A stretch of 64,000 nucleotides of DNA from assembly GCF_037042905.1 (NCBI RefSeq), contig NC_087252.1, forward strand, positions 38,068,001 to 38,132,000, read 5' to 3'. The notes beneath the pieces are model-generated. The model did no database searches. It was given only the letters and a program-made list of their open reading frames with translations, and had not been told where the DNA came from. Positions 38,630 to 50,478 of the stretch are shown here, one piece after another (position 1 is the first letter of the stretch; every line of letters starts with the position of its first letter). This DNA is from Lytechinus pictus (Eukaryota). The translations under genes and the position numbers were made by a program.

Positions 38630-38948
38630 CGTTGAAAGACACGGCATGTGATTCAAATTTTGTTATAACTCTGAGAGCCTATTAGAAAGAACATTCTAGC
38701 GTAATATTCATTTTCATCAACTAAGGATATGTTCCAGATAGTAAAAGTGGTGATAAACGTATCGTTTCTTCCAAGTGTGTGTATCGTGGTATTGGTGTCA
38801 CAGGAATGAGTCAATGTGTAACTACAGTAAAATAATACAGAGCCATCGCTTTGCCGCCATCTTATCGTCACTGAATGGTCGGTTGCGATGGTCCCAATAC
38901 ATCGCAAATGTACGTCCTCTCCAGCTTGTGCCTCTACATGAGTTCCAT
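38630..38948 (-). pseudogene. V-type Ig exon copy 3
   Basis: Acceptor ttatattaaag|AT GGA; GTHVEAQAGEDVHLRC...IRW...FTIWNISLVDENEYYA. Donor AAC G|GTATAC. Length 319 nt (3n+1), so a frameshift gives an early TGA. Confidence 0.8.
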
Positions 38949-40560
38949 CTTTAATATAAACATAAACATATAATATAAATCACATATTATTATAAACATC
39001 TAAATCTACCTTTCCTACAGAAACTACTCAACTATGTTGGTGTACTCACGCGCGATTTACAAAACACACAAGGCGCGTTTGCCATAATAGTTAAATACAA
39101 TTTTTTGTTGCGAAAAATTTGATTATTTCCTGAAGTTATACATTCGCCTATCAGGTATACTTTTCCCTTTATGTATTATTGATCGGGTATGTAGGGAGGC
39201 CTTTTGATATGGGTTTAGTGACAAAACCAATTTTTTGAAATCTAATCAGGAAGAACGTAGTACATCTCAATACAGTATAATCTTATTTTAAAAATCTGCG
39301 TTTTTTTATAGGGTTGTTTTAGAATTTCGTTGTAACACGTTTTTAGAGCGATTCATTTCACACCCAGGGAACCGTAAGTACAGGCTGGCTTGCCCAGCTA
39401 CCCCACCCCTCCCTCGTTATGTGCCTAACCTTTTGAGGGGGTAGATGTGGCCTATCAGGCAAAATGAAACAAATATATATTGTGAGCGAGCGAAGCGAGC
39501 AAGCAAGCAGAAATTTTGACATTTTTATTATAAAATATGCAAATTTGTCATAGATTTTGACGTGATATTCAAAAAACAATTATCATTCTCTCTTTCCTTT
39601 TCCCTTTTTTTCTTGGTCGGGATTTTATTTATTTATATATATATATATATTTTTTTTTTTTGGGGGGGAAGTGCCCAAGCCCCTCCATCTGTTCACCACC
39701 GCCTCCTTCTCCGTATTACCCTAACCACACGTCTTTAATATTTCCAGTATATCCAAGCAAGAAATTGAAACCCTACTTAGTTCTATTCACACCCATAGTT
39801 GCCTACGAGGGACGAGCATCATTATTGATAACATGGATATTTTCCCTTACACAAATGGCGCAGTTTTATTTGGCATGCCAAACAACAAGATCTTACACCT
39901 GCATGATTCCAATACTGTCTGATTAACTGTATTTCTTCAAGGAAATACTCATTGTGTAAAACACTTTTTCAATCTGAATCAAGTATGCACGGAAAAAAAT
40001 CAAGCAAGTATGATGGGACCACGTAATAGCAGATTGAGATGAAAATAACATCTTTAAATATATCACAGAGAATTTAAATTAAAAATGAGAACAGCAAATC
40101 CTCTTTTCTTACTCTTTTCCTTCTTTTCAAGGATCACAATTTTTTTAATAAACAAAAAAGGAAAGAAAAAATACCAAGGACATGCAAGAGAGAGAGAGAA
40201 AACAAAAATTACAACTGAATTATATCAATCTACATACCACAAAAACATATCCACACTACCAAAAGTATGAAGTAAACAAACTTCATGGTACCACTGTCGC
40301 CCACAGTTAAATATACATGTAGAACAGAGACATCTATTAAATTCCGCTAATTTCTCCAAATCGATATGGTTTGCACACGGTTCGGGTAATGATTATGAAC
40401 GATAGTATTTACTCTAAACTGGTAATAGCAACGAGCTACTTCAACATTATTTTCTAATATTTCACATGCATTACAAACTTAAAAGCTAATAGCGATTGAC
40501 AATTTGAAACTGCTGAAACTGAAACTTTCATATTGAGTGGCTCTTGAAATGTCTATTTAA

Positions 40561-41497
40561 AGGGGAGTCCAACCAAAATAAAAACTTGTTTTTAGAGGAA
40601 AAAGAACAATCAGACAAGTTGATAGGTGCAAGTTTAAACAGTTTTGAACAAGCAATAAGAAAGCTATGAATTTTTAAAAGTTGTAAATATTGATGATCTT
40701 TATCCCCATGGAGACTTCAAACTGGCAGCATACATGGCATAGGTGATGTCATAGTGATGTAAGGCAAGGACTACTCTTCCATGTACTCCAATACATAAAA
40801 TGGCTAAAATGTCATTTTTTTCAAAAGTCTTACTTCAGATTATATTTTTCTTTTATGAGGATATAAAACAATATACTCCCTGGGTTATATTTAGATTGAT
40901 GGCCCAGAGGAATGATACTTATAGGAGAAAACCACAAATCTATGATATCTAAGAACATGACCTTTGTGGGAAATTTGTCCTTGCCCCTTGTCATTATTTA
41001 CATACCCTGTTGCCAATTTGAAACATACATAGTCGTAGGGACATTGGCGGCGGAAGCCGAAAACTTTAGGGGGATCCACCTGAAATTTTGGGATGGACAC
41101 AGGTAAAAGAATTGACAAGCAAAAAAAGAGAAGAAAAAAAAAGGTTATCAATCAACATTTTAGGGGGGACCACAACAATTTTAGGGGGGGGTCCACCTAA
41201 ATTTTAGGGGGGCGTAGGAAACAAAATTGACAAGCAAAAAACAAAAGAAAAAAAAGGTTATCAACCAAAATTTTAGGGGGGACCACCAACATTTTTTGAC
41301 AAGCAAAAAAAGAAAAAGTATCAACAAAAAAATTAGCAGGGACAGGACCCCCCCCCCCTTCCGCTGCATTTGCTTAGGGATCTCAATATCAAAGCAGTCA
41401 TAACTTTTTATTGCTTTTCCTTCAAACTTTCACCATTCTGTTTTATTCATTTTTCTCCTTTCCACATAGCAGTATATGACCAAGGCTGGATTCCCCT
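40561..41497. mobile_element. TTAA-specific MITE (Kolobok-like ends) with nested repeat ~41045-41370
   Basis: TTAA|AGGGGAGTCCA...TGGATTCCCCT|TTAA. Paralogous empty site CTATTTAATCGTATG at ~44032-44046. Confidence 0.8.
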
Positions 41498-42105
41498 TTA
41501 ATCGTATGTTGTTCAAGAATTGCTTGGTTTGGGGAGTTACACTTCTACAAGACCTCATGGATTTATTTATGCAGCTTTCAATGTATTTTTTTACCTTTGT
41601 TTCTTAGTATTTCTTATATTTTGTATTAAGAACATTGTTAATCGTCAATGGAATGCAAATGGAATCGCTTTCAATATAATATTAAGTATTCTTTCAAGAG
41701 CGAAACAACTCGAATTCACTTGTCAATATACAGGCTACGTTACCACCCTGAATAAAAGACCAAAGGATATTTAAGAGATAAATGGAGTGATCAATTTAAT
41801 GTCACAAAAAAGAATAATTCATTATCATCATTTTGTTGAATATTCACTAAAACTTTGCATATAGAAATTAGACGAGTATAAGCAATCGATTGTCCATTAG
41901 TTTTTAAACAAGTGTACAAATAGCATTTTTATTTATTTGAATGCAGGATAAAATAGAATTGTTGATGAAAAACCTTGCTCACGGGCATAGGAGCCGCGGC
42001 CGGGGATCGAGCCCCGGATTGTCCATGTTTAACCAGGCGCCTTAGACCACTATGCCAAGGTATGGGGGTAGATCGATTAAAAAAAGGCCTATAAAATTAT
42101 GTTAC

Positions 42106-42407
42106 CTAAAGTCCTGTTAACGTTTATCAAGTCAGTCTGTCTCTTAGAAAGACAAACGTAACGTCATAATCATCTTCTTCAACTAACGAAATATTTCAGA
42201 TAGTCAAAGTGCTGATAAACGTATCGTTTCTTCCAAGCATATTTCTTGTAGTATTGGTGTCACAGAAATTACTTAACGTGTCACAGTAAAATAACACCAA
42301 TCCATCGCTTCGCCTCCATCTTATCATCAGTACTCTGTCGTTTGCGATGATCCCAATACATCGCAATCGCACGTCTTCACCAGCTTGTGCCTCTACATGA
42401 GTTCCAT
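42106..42407 (-). pseudogene. V-type Ig exon copy 4
   Basis: Same acceptor as copy 3; GTHVEAQAGEDVRLRC...IRW...STLTI*NISLVEEDDY. Premature TGA where copy 3 has TGG. Probable donor TTA G|GTAACA. Confidence 0.8.
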
Positions 42408-43006
42408 CTTTAATATAAACGTAAGCACATAATATGAAAGAACATAGGCCTGTTATCATAAACATCTACAGAAGCTACACAACTATTAAGACTACATGTA
42501 TGTTGCTGTACTCACGCGTGATTGCATACACGCAAGGAGCGCTAAGTTTACCAGATTAGCCAAAATAATCAAATACAAGGTGTGTTTTTTTTCTCGAAAA
42601 ATTGTGATATTTCTTTAAGTTATACATTCGCCTTTCAGGTATATTTTCCTTTTTAAATATTGACACAACTAACTTTTTAAATCTAGACAGGAAGCACGTG
42701 GTAATACACAAAGTGGGTATCGTTTTTTAAAGGGTTGTATAATTTCATGGTAGCACGTTTTAGAACGATTAACACCCAGAAGTCCGTTAATAACACCGAC
42801 CTTCCTTCTTTGTTGGCGTAATAAGCCAAACCTTTTGAGGGCGCTAGATATGGCGTATTGGGCAAACAAAATGGGAGCGAACGAAGCGAGCAAACAAAAC
42901 AGACATTATTATGAAAAAAAAACAATTTTGTAAAATATTTTGGCGTAATATTCAGAAAATGATATCATATGTAATTATTCGCTCTTTTCTTTCCTTTCCC
43001 CTGTTT

Positions 43007-43216
43007 NNNNNNNNNNNNNNNNNNNNNNNNNNNNNNNNNNNNNNNNNNNNNNNNNNNNNNNNNNNNNNNNNNNNNNNNNNNNNNNNNNNNNNNNNNNNNN
43101 NNNNNNNNNNNNNNNNNNNNNNNNNNNNNNNNNNNNNNNNNNNNNNNNNNNNNNNNNNNNNNNNNNNNNNNNNNNNNNNNNNNNNNNNNNNNNNNNNNNN
43201 NNNNNNNNNNNNNNNN
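43007..43216. other. Assembly gap (N run)
   Basis: About 210 N bases. Confidence 1.
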
Positions 43217-45629
43217 TGGGCAAGCGCCCAACTCCCCTTCTGTAGGCCACCGCCCCCTTATCCGTATTACCTCAACCATACGTCTTCCATAAGCTCAGTA
43301 TATCCAACAGGAAATGGAAGCCCATCTTAACACCTATAGTTGCCTACGAGGGACGAGCATCATTATTGATAACGGGACATTTTCCCTTACACAAATGGCG
43401 CAGTTTTCTTTGCCATGCCAAACAACAAGATCTTACACTAGGATGGTTCCAATACTGATTGATTAACTGAATCAAGTATGCATGGAAAAAATCAAGCAAG
43501 CTTGGGATCAATTAAAAGCAGGAAGAGATGAAAATAACATCTTCTTTAAATATATCACAGACAATTTAAAGGAAAAATAAGAACAGCAAATCCTCTTTTC
43601 TTACTCTTTTCCTTCTTTTCAAGGATCACAATGTTTTTTTCAATAAACAGAAAAGGAAAAAAAAACAAGGACATGCAAGAGAGAGAGAAAAAAATCACAA
43701 CTTAATTATATTAATCTACATACCACAAGAACACATCCAAACTACCAAAAGAATGAAGTAAACAAACATCATGGTGCAACTGTCGCCTCACATTTACATA
43801 TAGCACAGAGACATCGAATTCTGCTAAATTTCTCCAAATTGATATGGTTTGCACACGGTTTCGGGTAATTATTATGAACGATAGTATTTACTCTAAACTG
43901 GTAATAGCAACGAGCTACTTCAACATTATTTTCAAATAGTTCACGTGCATTATAAACGTAGAAGCTAAGAGCGATAGATAATTTGAAACTGCTGAAACCG
44001 AAACTTTCATATTGAGTGGCTCTTAAAATAGCTATTTAATCGTATGATTCTCAATAATAGTTTGGTTTAAGGTATTGTGGGAGATACGCTTGTACAAGGC
44101 CTCCTGGATCTTTTTCATGCAGCTCCCAATGCAATTTTATTTATTTATTTTTTTTTAAAATACTTTTTGTTACTATTTTTCATATTTTATATCAGGTATA
44201 TTGTTAATCGTTCATGATGTGCAAATGTAATCACATTTGATAAAACATAAAATATTTATCCACGAGCGAAACAGCTCTAATTAACTTATCAATCTAAATG
44301 AGGTGATCAATATAATGGCACAAAATAAAATAATTGTGTAATTTCGTTGAAAACATAAAAATATTGGTATGCGAATATTCAATAAAGCTTTGCATATAAA
44401 AATATAAAATTAAGTATATATGCCAGACAAGAAGTATAAGCAATCGATTGTCCAAGGTTTTGCCCAAGTGCACACGTAGTTTTTAAGAATGTGTATAGAA
44501 TGTCCATTTCTTTGGATGCAGGATAAAAGAGCATTGCCAAGTAAATGCCTTGATCACGGGCATAAGTGCCGCGGCCGGGAATCGAACCCCGGATTTTCAA
44601 TGAATAGTCAGGTGCATTAGACCACTCGGCCAAGTCATGAGAGTACATCGATCTATAAAAAAGGGCCTTTAAAATTATATCACCGAAAGTCCTGTTAAAG
44701 TTTATCAAATATTCGATCAAACTTCAAGAGGATTAATGTGGAGTTCGAAGACGGAATAGAACGACGACTTCGAAGATGGCCGGTTACGACGAAGAACAGG
44801 TATGCCGATGATCGACGAAGACGAGGAACGAGTATGGGACGATAAAGACACGGCTGACATCATGGGTGAGAACACGCGTGTCATTGAAGAGTGATGAGCC
44901 AGAGTTAAGTTGAAGTTTTAGCATAAACTATAGGAAGAATGACGGTCGAATTTGATGAACAGTACGTAATTCACTGACTGAAATGCGAGTCATTCCCCTT
45001 GAACGACCTTGTGACTCATGACCTTGACATAGAGGTTAGGCCCGATGCTGACCTACGTTGCCTCTACGCTGACCATAGGTGCCTTTAACTTGACCCCAGC
45101 TTGACAGTCGTCTAAAATAAGAATAGACAAAACACTTAACGGCAAAGCCCTAACACTATTCTATTCACTAGAACTATATCAGCTTATCTAAAATTAGCTT
45201 TCATACTCATTAAACAAGTAAATAAACAACAAGTTTCTTACAACATAAGCTCTATGATAATCAAGAAAATATATAACAGTTGAGAAATTTCGCGCATTTA
45301 TATATCTCTTAAATATAGATCCAATCTATACCTTCAAATCTAACAGACTTGAAAAGGCGAGGTGGGGGCGGGGGGGGGGGGTGTGGCAGTGAGACGCGTT
45401 TCAAACGAGCATTGGTGTATAATATGTTATGCTTTCGTTATCATTTCACTTCATTCTTTGCAAAATAAACGCAACATTTACATACTTTCGATGAACGAAT
45501 ACGATTTGATAACACAAAATTGAACGCCCTCTCAGTTCGTATGATGTAACTTACACAATCGATGGCTCTCGCACACTTCATTGACCAGGCCCGTTTCAAA
45601 TAAATCGAACCTCCTATTGTAAGTTTCCG

Positions 45630-47552
45630 TCATACGCAGGAAAAACCAAAACGGTTTCAGAAAGGGTAGATCCACTTCTTCCCATTTTCTCTCATTAAAG
45701 CGAATCGGTGAAGAACTAAGAATGTCTCGGGAACAAGGTAATATCATCTTCCTTGATTTCTCAAAGACATTTGATAGCGTTAATATTATTAAAATTCTTT
45801 CAAATTATGGGTTCCCAAATGAAGTAATACAAGCAAGCTCTTAACAGACCTGCCAACCTCTAGGAATGAAAAACTGTAATCTGTGATTAAAAAAACTGTA
45901 TTTTTCCCCAAAAAGTGTATTTCATAATGAAATGCTTGGCGCACTCGCTCATCGCGGCGCTCAAGCTGCATGCAAGCTAAAATGCGCACTGCTCTTGCAG
46001 ATGAAAAAAACCCCCATTAAAACATGTGTATATCTTCACACTGGTTTTAACAAAATGATTGAAAAAAAGTTACCTGAAATTACATTGATCTATTAACCAT
46101 ATTTGTGTAATTTTTATGAAATAGAGACATATAGAGATTATTTTTCTCAATAAATTACGATTTAGTAAAAAAAATAAATAAATAAATAAAAAATAATATC
46201 GTGCAGCAAGGTTGCTCGTATTTGACATAGAAGAAGAGAGTAACAAATGCAGTGGAAAGTAAGGCCCTTGTATCCCTCTCCGAAGAAACCTCCCTTAAGT
46301 CGTCCCTTCTTCCGTTCCATGATATTGACTTGGTGCTTCCCTATCATGTATTTCCGTCCGTCATTCACCCTGCACATCTCCAGATAGCCATCAATATGAA
46401 AGCTCAGCTTCTTACCAGCACCTATCTCACCCAAAGTCGACTGTGCAAGATCTCCAGACTAGTTTCCGACCCAAGCTGTCCTGCTTGCCATGCACCTGCG
46501 GAAAATGTATTTAAATTGTTAGTGAATGCATAGCGTATACCCGTCTTAGAAATAATCTTCTGACGCATTTTTCAGAGGATGCCATTAAAGTGTATTCAAG
46601 CTTTTCAAATACAGACTCCTATCTTCATGTTGAAGGGAACCAGACTTGTCTTCCTTGGTGTCATTGGCAATGTCTCGTATCAGTTTCCTGACTTTCATCC
46701 TGTTACTCTTCAATTTTTTGTTTGATATACAGTGCGTCCCAGAAAAAACGAAACCGAGATTTAGCGATGATTTATCATAACTTAATCACAAATAAAATAG
46801 ACAAATGACCTACCAATGTAAAGCTTAGAATCTCATCTTTCATCTGATATTAATTCGATTATCTCTCCTTTACGCATGAGTGAACAAAAACAATTTGAAG
46901 GAAGGATACCAAAAACTCTTTGGCGGGGGGTATATGAATTTAAAAAAAAATCCACATGTCTTAAAATTTCAATATCTGCTCTTTGATTTGATATCTCAAT
47001 TACAGAAAATGGTCAAGAAATAACAAAGTTCTGGTTATTTGAAATAAGGCTTGAATTTCAATAATTTCATAAAATGAAGAGGTTTTACAGGCTAGCGTTC
47101 AAACTCACTCGACACTCCGTTTTGTTTATGATCAGCCATGCATTAAGTATTTTGTTAACCATGCGATAGCTTCTGTGGGAAACCGGTGAAAACAGTTTAT
47201 TTGATGAAATTATGGAAATACATAATACATGATAAATCATCGCTAAATCTCGGTTTCGTTTTTTCTGGGACGCACTGTACATTTCTGAAGACAGCGCTTT
47301 GTTGATCAAGCTGCTGCAAACAGTGACTAATAGCTCATTATTTTACCATGCTGTACTGCAACTAAAGGCTTGCAGTTCTCCGGTGAACGGAGGAATTCAA
47401 CACAGAAGAAGAAGAAGAAGATGTAATGCATGCAGATCCACTTTCCTTTGTTCAAAGTGTAGATGGATCTACTGAACAGTTTGTGACAACTTCTGGGATT
47501 CTTCAGGGTGATATGTTGGCACCATATCTATTTGTAATTGTAGTAGATTACA
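45630..47552 (+). mobile_element. RTE-type LINE RT fragments (~45630-45830 and ~47440-47552) separated by younger insertions, including a LINE 3' end with (GAA)n tail
   Basis: NQNGFRKGRST...IFLDFSKTFDSV and TSGILQGDMLAPYLFVIVVDY. Intervening CPACH..E knuckle-like remnant at ~46470-46510. Confidence 0.65.
46730..47277. mobile_element. Tc1/mariner-type MITE, TA TSD
   Basis: TA|CAGTGCGTCCCAGAAAAAACGAAACCGAGATTTAGCGATGATTTATCA with an exact inverted copy ending at 47277|TA. Confidence 0.9.
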
Positions 47553-49679
47553 TTCAAATATAATCACTAGATTCTATACGAACAAAGTGAATGGACATCA
47601 AACATATGTCTACAAGTAGGGACCAACACATATATGACTGAATTAGATTATAGACCGGGGATGGGAGAATTTATTGAGCTGATCGGGTACAAAAGCTTTG
47701 ATGGTCCCATTATGCTGGCATGAAGGCAGTGGTCAAGTAATTGTGTTGTTGCCGGGTAATATCCTGTACGGAAGGCCCAGAGGACCCCAATTTTGTCGGC
47801 CATCTTGGATTTTTCATGAAAATCAATTATTTTCATATTTTTGCACAGACAATAGGAAAATGTTAAATGAATACGCATTTCGCAATGATTTAGATAGTAG
47901 AAATCGATTGCAATCGTTTTCTGGACAGTCCGGTTGATATATTTTGAAAAATATGAGAATTTATGCCAAAATTTCCATGGTTTTGGTCAAAAATTTGCAT
48001 GTTCATTGATATTTTTCGGTTTTGTCATTAAGATAAAAAACTAATGCAAAATATCAATATTCGACATGAAAAAGGATATATTAACGAAGATTAAAATCTT
48101 GATATTTGCGTGTTTTTTTTTTAGGCCTTGAGGGGGTAGTCCTAACTAAAATTGAATGTTAGATACATAATCTTCATACTATAATATTGCATGAATTCAT
48201 GTTTCGTATTTGAAAATGTATGCCCATTCTGCTTTATAAATGTATTAATTAATTCAATTAGTATAAGTTTGGGATTGTCATTTTTTTCAAGCAATCTGCT
48301 TATGATGACAATCCTTCTCCTGCAAATTGTGAATATCATATAGTTAATCATTTTTGTCTGAAATTATCTTTTTAATACTCTTTATTTATGATTCATGCCA
48401 AAAATGCTAGCATATTATGTTTATTATGTTATGAAAAATGTATTATACAAATGTTATGGATGCAGAAGAAAACAATAAATCAAATCAAATCAAATAATAA
48501 CTTTATTCTAATCAACAAGATAAGTTATCCAATAGGTTCTCAATGACTAGGAAGATTAGTCAGATTTTCAAGGAAATATACATAATAGCGGGGCCGCAGA
48601 ACGGTTTTCAAAGTTTTTTTTGGGGGGGGCTGACCATGCAAAAAATTACAATCATATGGTCATTTTTGCGTTTTTGTACACGGCTTTGGAAAAAAAAAAG
48701 GAGAGGCCCAGCCCCCCCCCCCCCCCGGTTACGCGGCCCCTGAATAGTACCCACTTTTTTCAATTCTCTCCATCTCTTTTAGTTCATTTGTTAGTAAAGT
48801 AGATTCGTTTCGGGGTGGCTAATACATGTACGTCACCCTCTACCCATAATATTTAAGGTATTAATCTTGTTTATATCATCATGATATCATAAATCCCGTA
48901 ATACTTTACACATTGGGTCAAAATTTTAAATTATTGGCTTTGTCCCGATTGCAAGCACACACAAAAAAATGTGACAAAATTATCTCAAATCTCTTTAAAT
49001 TGTTCGGCGGAGGAACCCACGTTTGTTAGAATATATTACATCTAAGCGTGTGCAGATATTTTCCCCGTCCTTCCGAAGGATAGGAAACTGCTGAAAGTTT
49101 AAACTTACCATCATGTTAAAACAAAACCTTCACAAATACGAGCGCACGACTCTCTCTCTCTCTCTCATGTCACTGGGAAATATTCCGCGTCCAGTTAAGC
49201 GTGTTCGTCTACATAATCTGTTCATCAAGCAGAAGCGAAGCTCTGTTCACTTTTTGACCGTTCGATATATATCTCTCAAGAGCTCAACATATTCTGTTTC
49301 ATTTTCTTTCTGACTGATCTTTACCATGGCTTATAAGCAGTCCGTGGCCATCGATTATGAATCAAACTTGAATTGGTAGTTCCTGAGTACTTAGAAACAA
49401 GAGATGCGAATTGATTCAATTACAGTTGGTCGGTAGTAATGTATTGCCAGCTTTTTTAGTCAAAGTGTTGGATTGACTGCGTAAAAATTGTGTTGGCTTC
49501 AAGTTCAGTGTTCAAGCAGATAAGATAATGTTCTGTTGATTCAACATTTCTATATTTCTATCATTAATGCATTTCATAAATCACTACGAACTGATTGCAG
49601 GTAAGTTTACAATTCTTCGTTCGTTCCTTTGAGATTTTGTTTTGCCTTTGCTCGGCTTGGTTTGATTTTATCCTTTAAT

Positions 49680-50478
49680 GAAGAGCTCACTTGCAAAAAG
49701 GGTTAGGTCTATTTTCATCAAACTTGATTTTTTTCCAATGTAAAGATGTTTAGTAGCTCTATAAGATGATACCAAAGAAAAGTTGGAATCCCATTAAAAA
49801 GTGAACTAAAATGGCAAAAAAAAATAACCGTTTCAGTTTGGTTGCAAAAGGGATTAGGTCCACACAGATTTTTTTTGGAAAATAATATTAAAACCAAATA
49901 TGAAGACAGGTAGATTTATTTTATACCAAATCTTATGTTCTCATGGTAGGGTATCATGAAGATTTAGTTTCTCATAGGAATATTGCAATATGGGATAATA
50001 AAAAAAATGATTTTCTTGGAGTGGACCTAACCCCTTCTGCAACCAAAATCATCCGAAGAGCTCATTCGTTAAAAGGGGTTAGGTCAACTTTTCATAAATC
50101 TAATTGTTTTCTGTCTCAAAACCTCTAAATTTTAGTTGCTGTGATGATACCAAAGAAAATCTGAAATTCAAATGAAAACGTAAATAAAAGTGGCAAAGAA
50201 AAACCTTTTTTTTTAATCATTAGAGATTGGATTCATTTCAGTTTGCTTGCAAAATGGGTTAGGTCCACAATGATAATTTTGTTAAAGATATATTTAAAAA
50301 AAAAACATTGAAAACAGGTAGATTTCTTTTATACCCAATTTTATGTATACATGATAGGGTAGTACATCATTGCAATTTAATTTCTCATAAAAATATTGCA
50401 ATAAGTGAGAATAAAAAAGCATGGTTTTTCTCGGAATGATCCAAAGTGGAAGTAACCCCTTTAGCAACCAAACTCTTC
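49680..50478. repeat. Head-to-tail dimer of a ~380-420-bp GAAGAG-terminated DNA-transposon-like repeat
   Basis: GAAGAGCTCA...GGGTTAGGTC at 49680 and 50056. Both units end near AACCCC...GCAACCAAA; terminal CTCTTC. Confidence 0.65.

Larger units (their letters stand above)
38700..44710. repeat. Tandem segmental duplication of a V-exon cassette (~38700-42130 vs ~42170-44710)
   Basis: Collinear blocks, e.g. GCCTACGAGGGACGAGCATCATTATTG (39801 / 43342), CTCTAAACTGGTAATAGCAACGAGCTAC (40412 / 43891), SINE remnant (41950 / 44520), AAAGTCCTGTTAA (42108 / 44686). Confidence 0.9.

Noticed and set aside
42911-43330. ORFs spanning the gap
   Set aside because: Artefacts of N bases.
30300-44710. V(D)J-type recombination signals flanking the V exons
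   Set aside because: No CACAGTG-12/23-ACAAAAACC seen after any V copy; they end in ordinary splice donors and include their own G strand.
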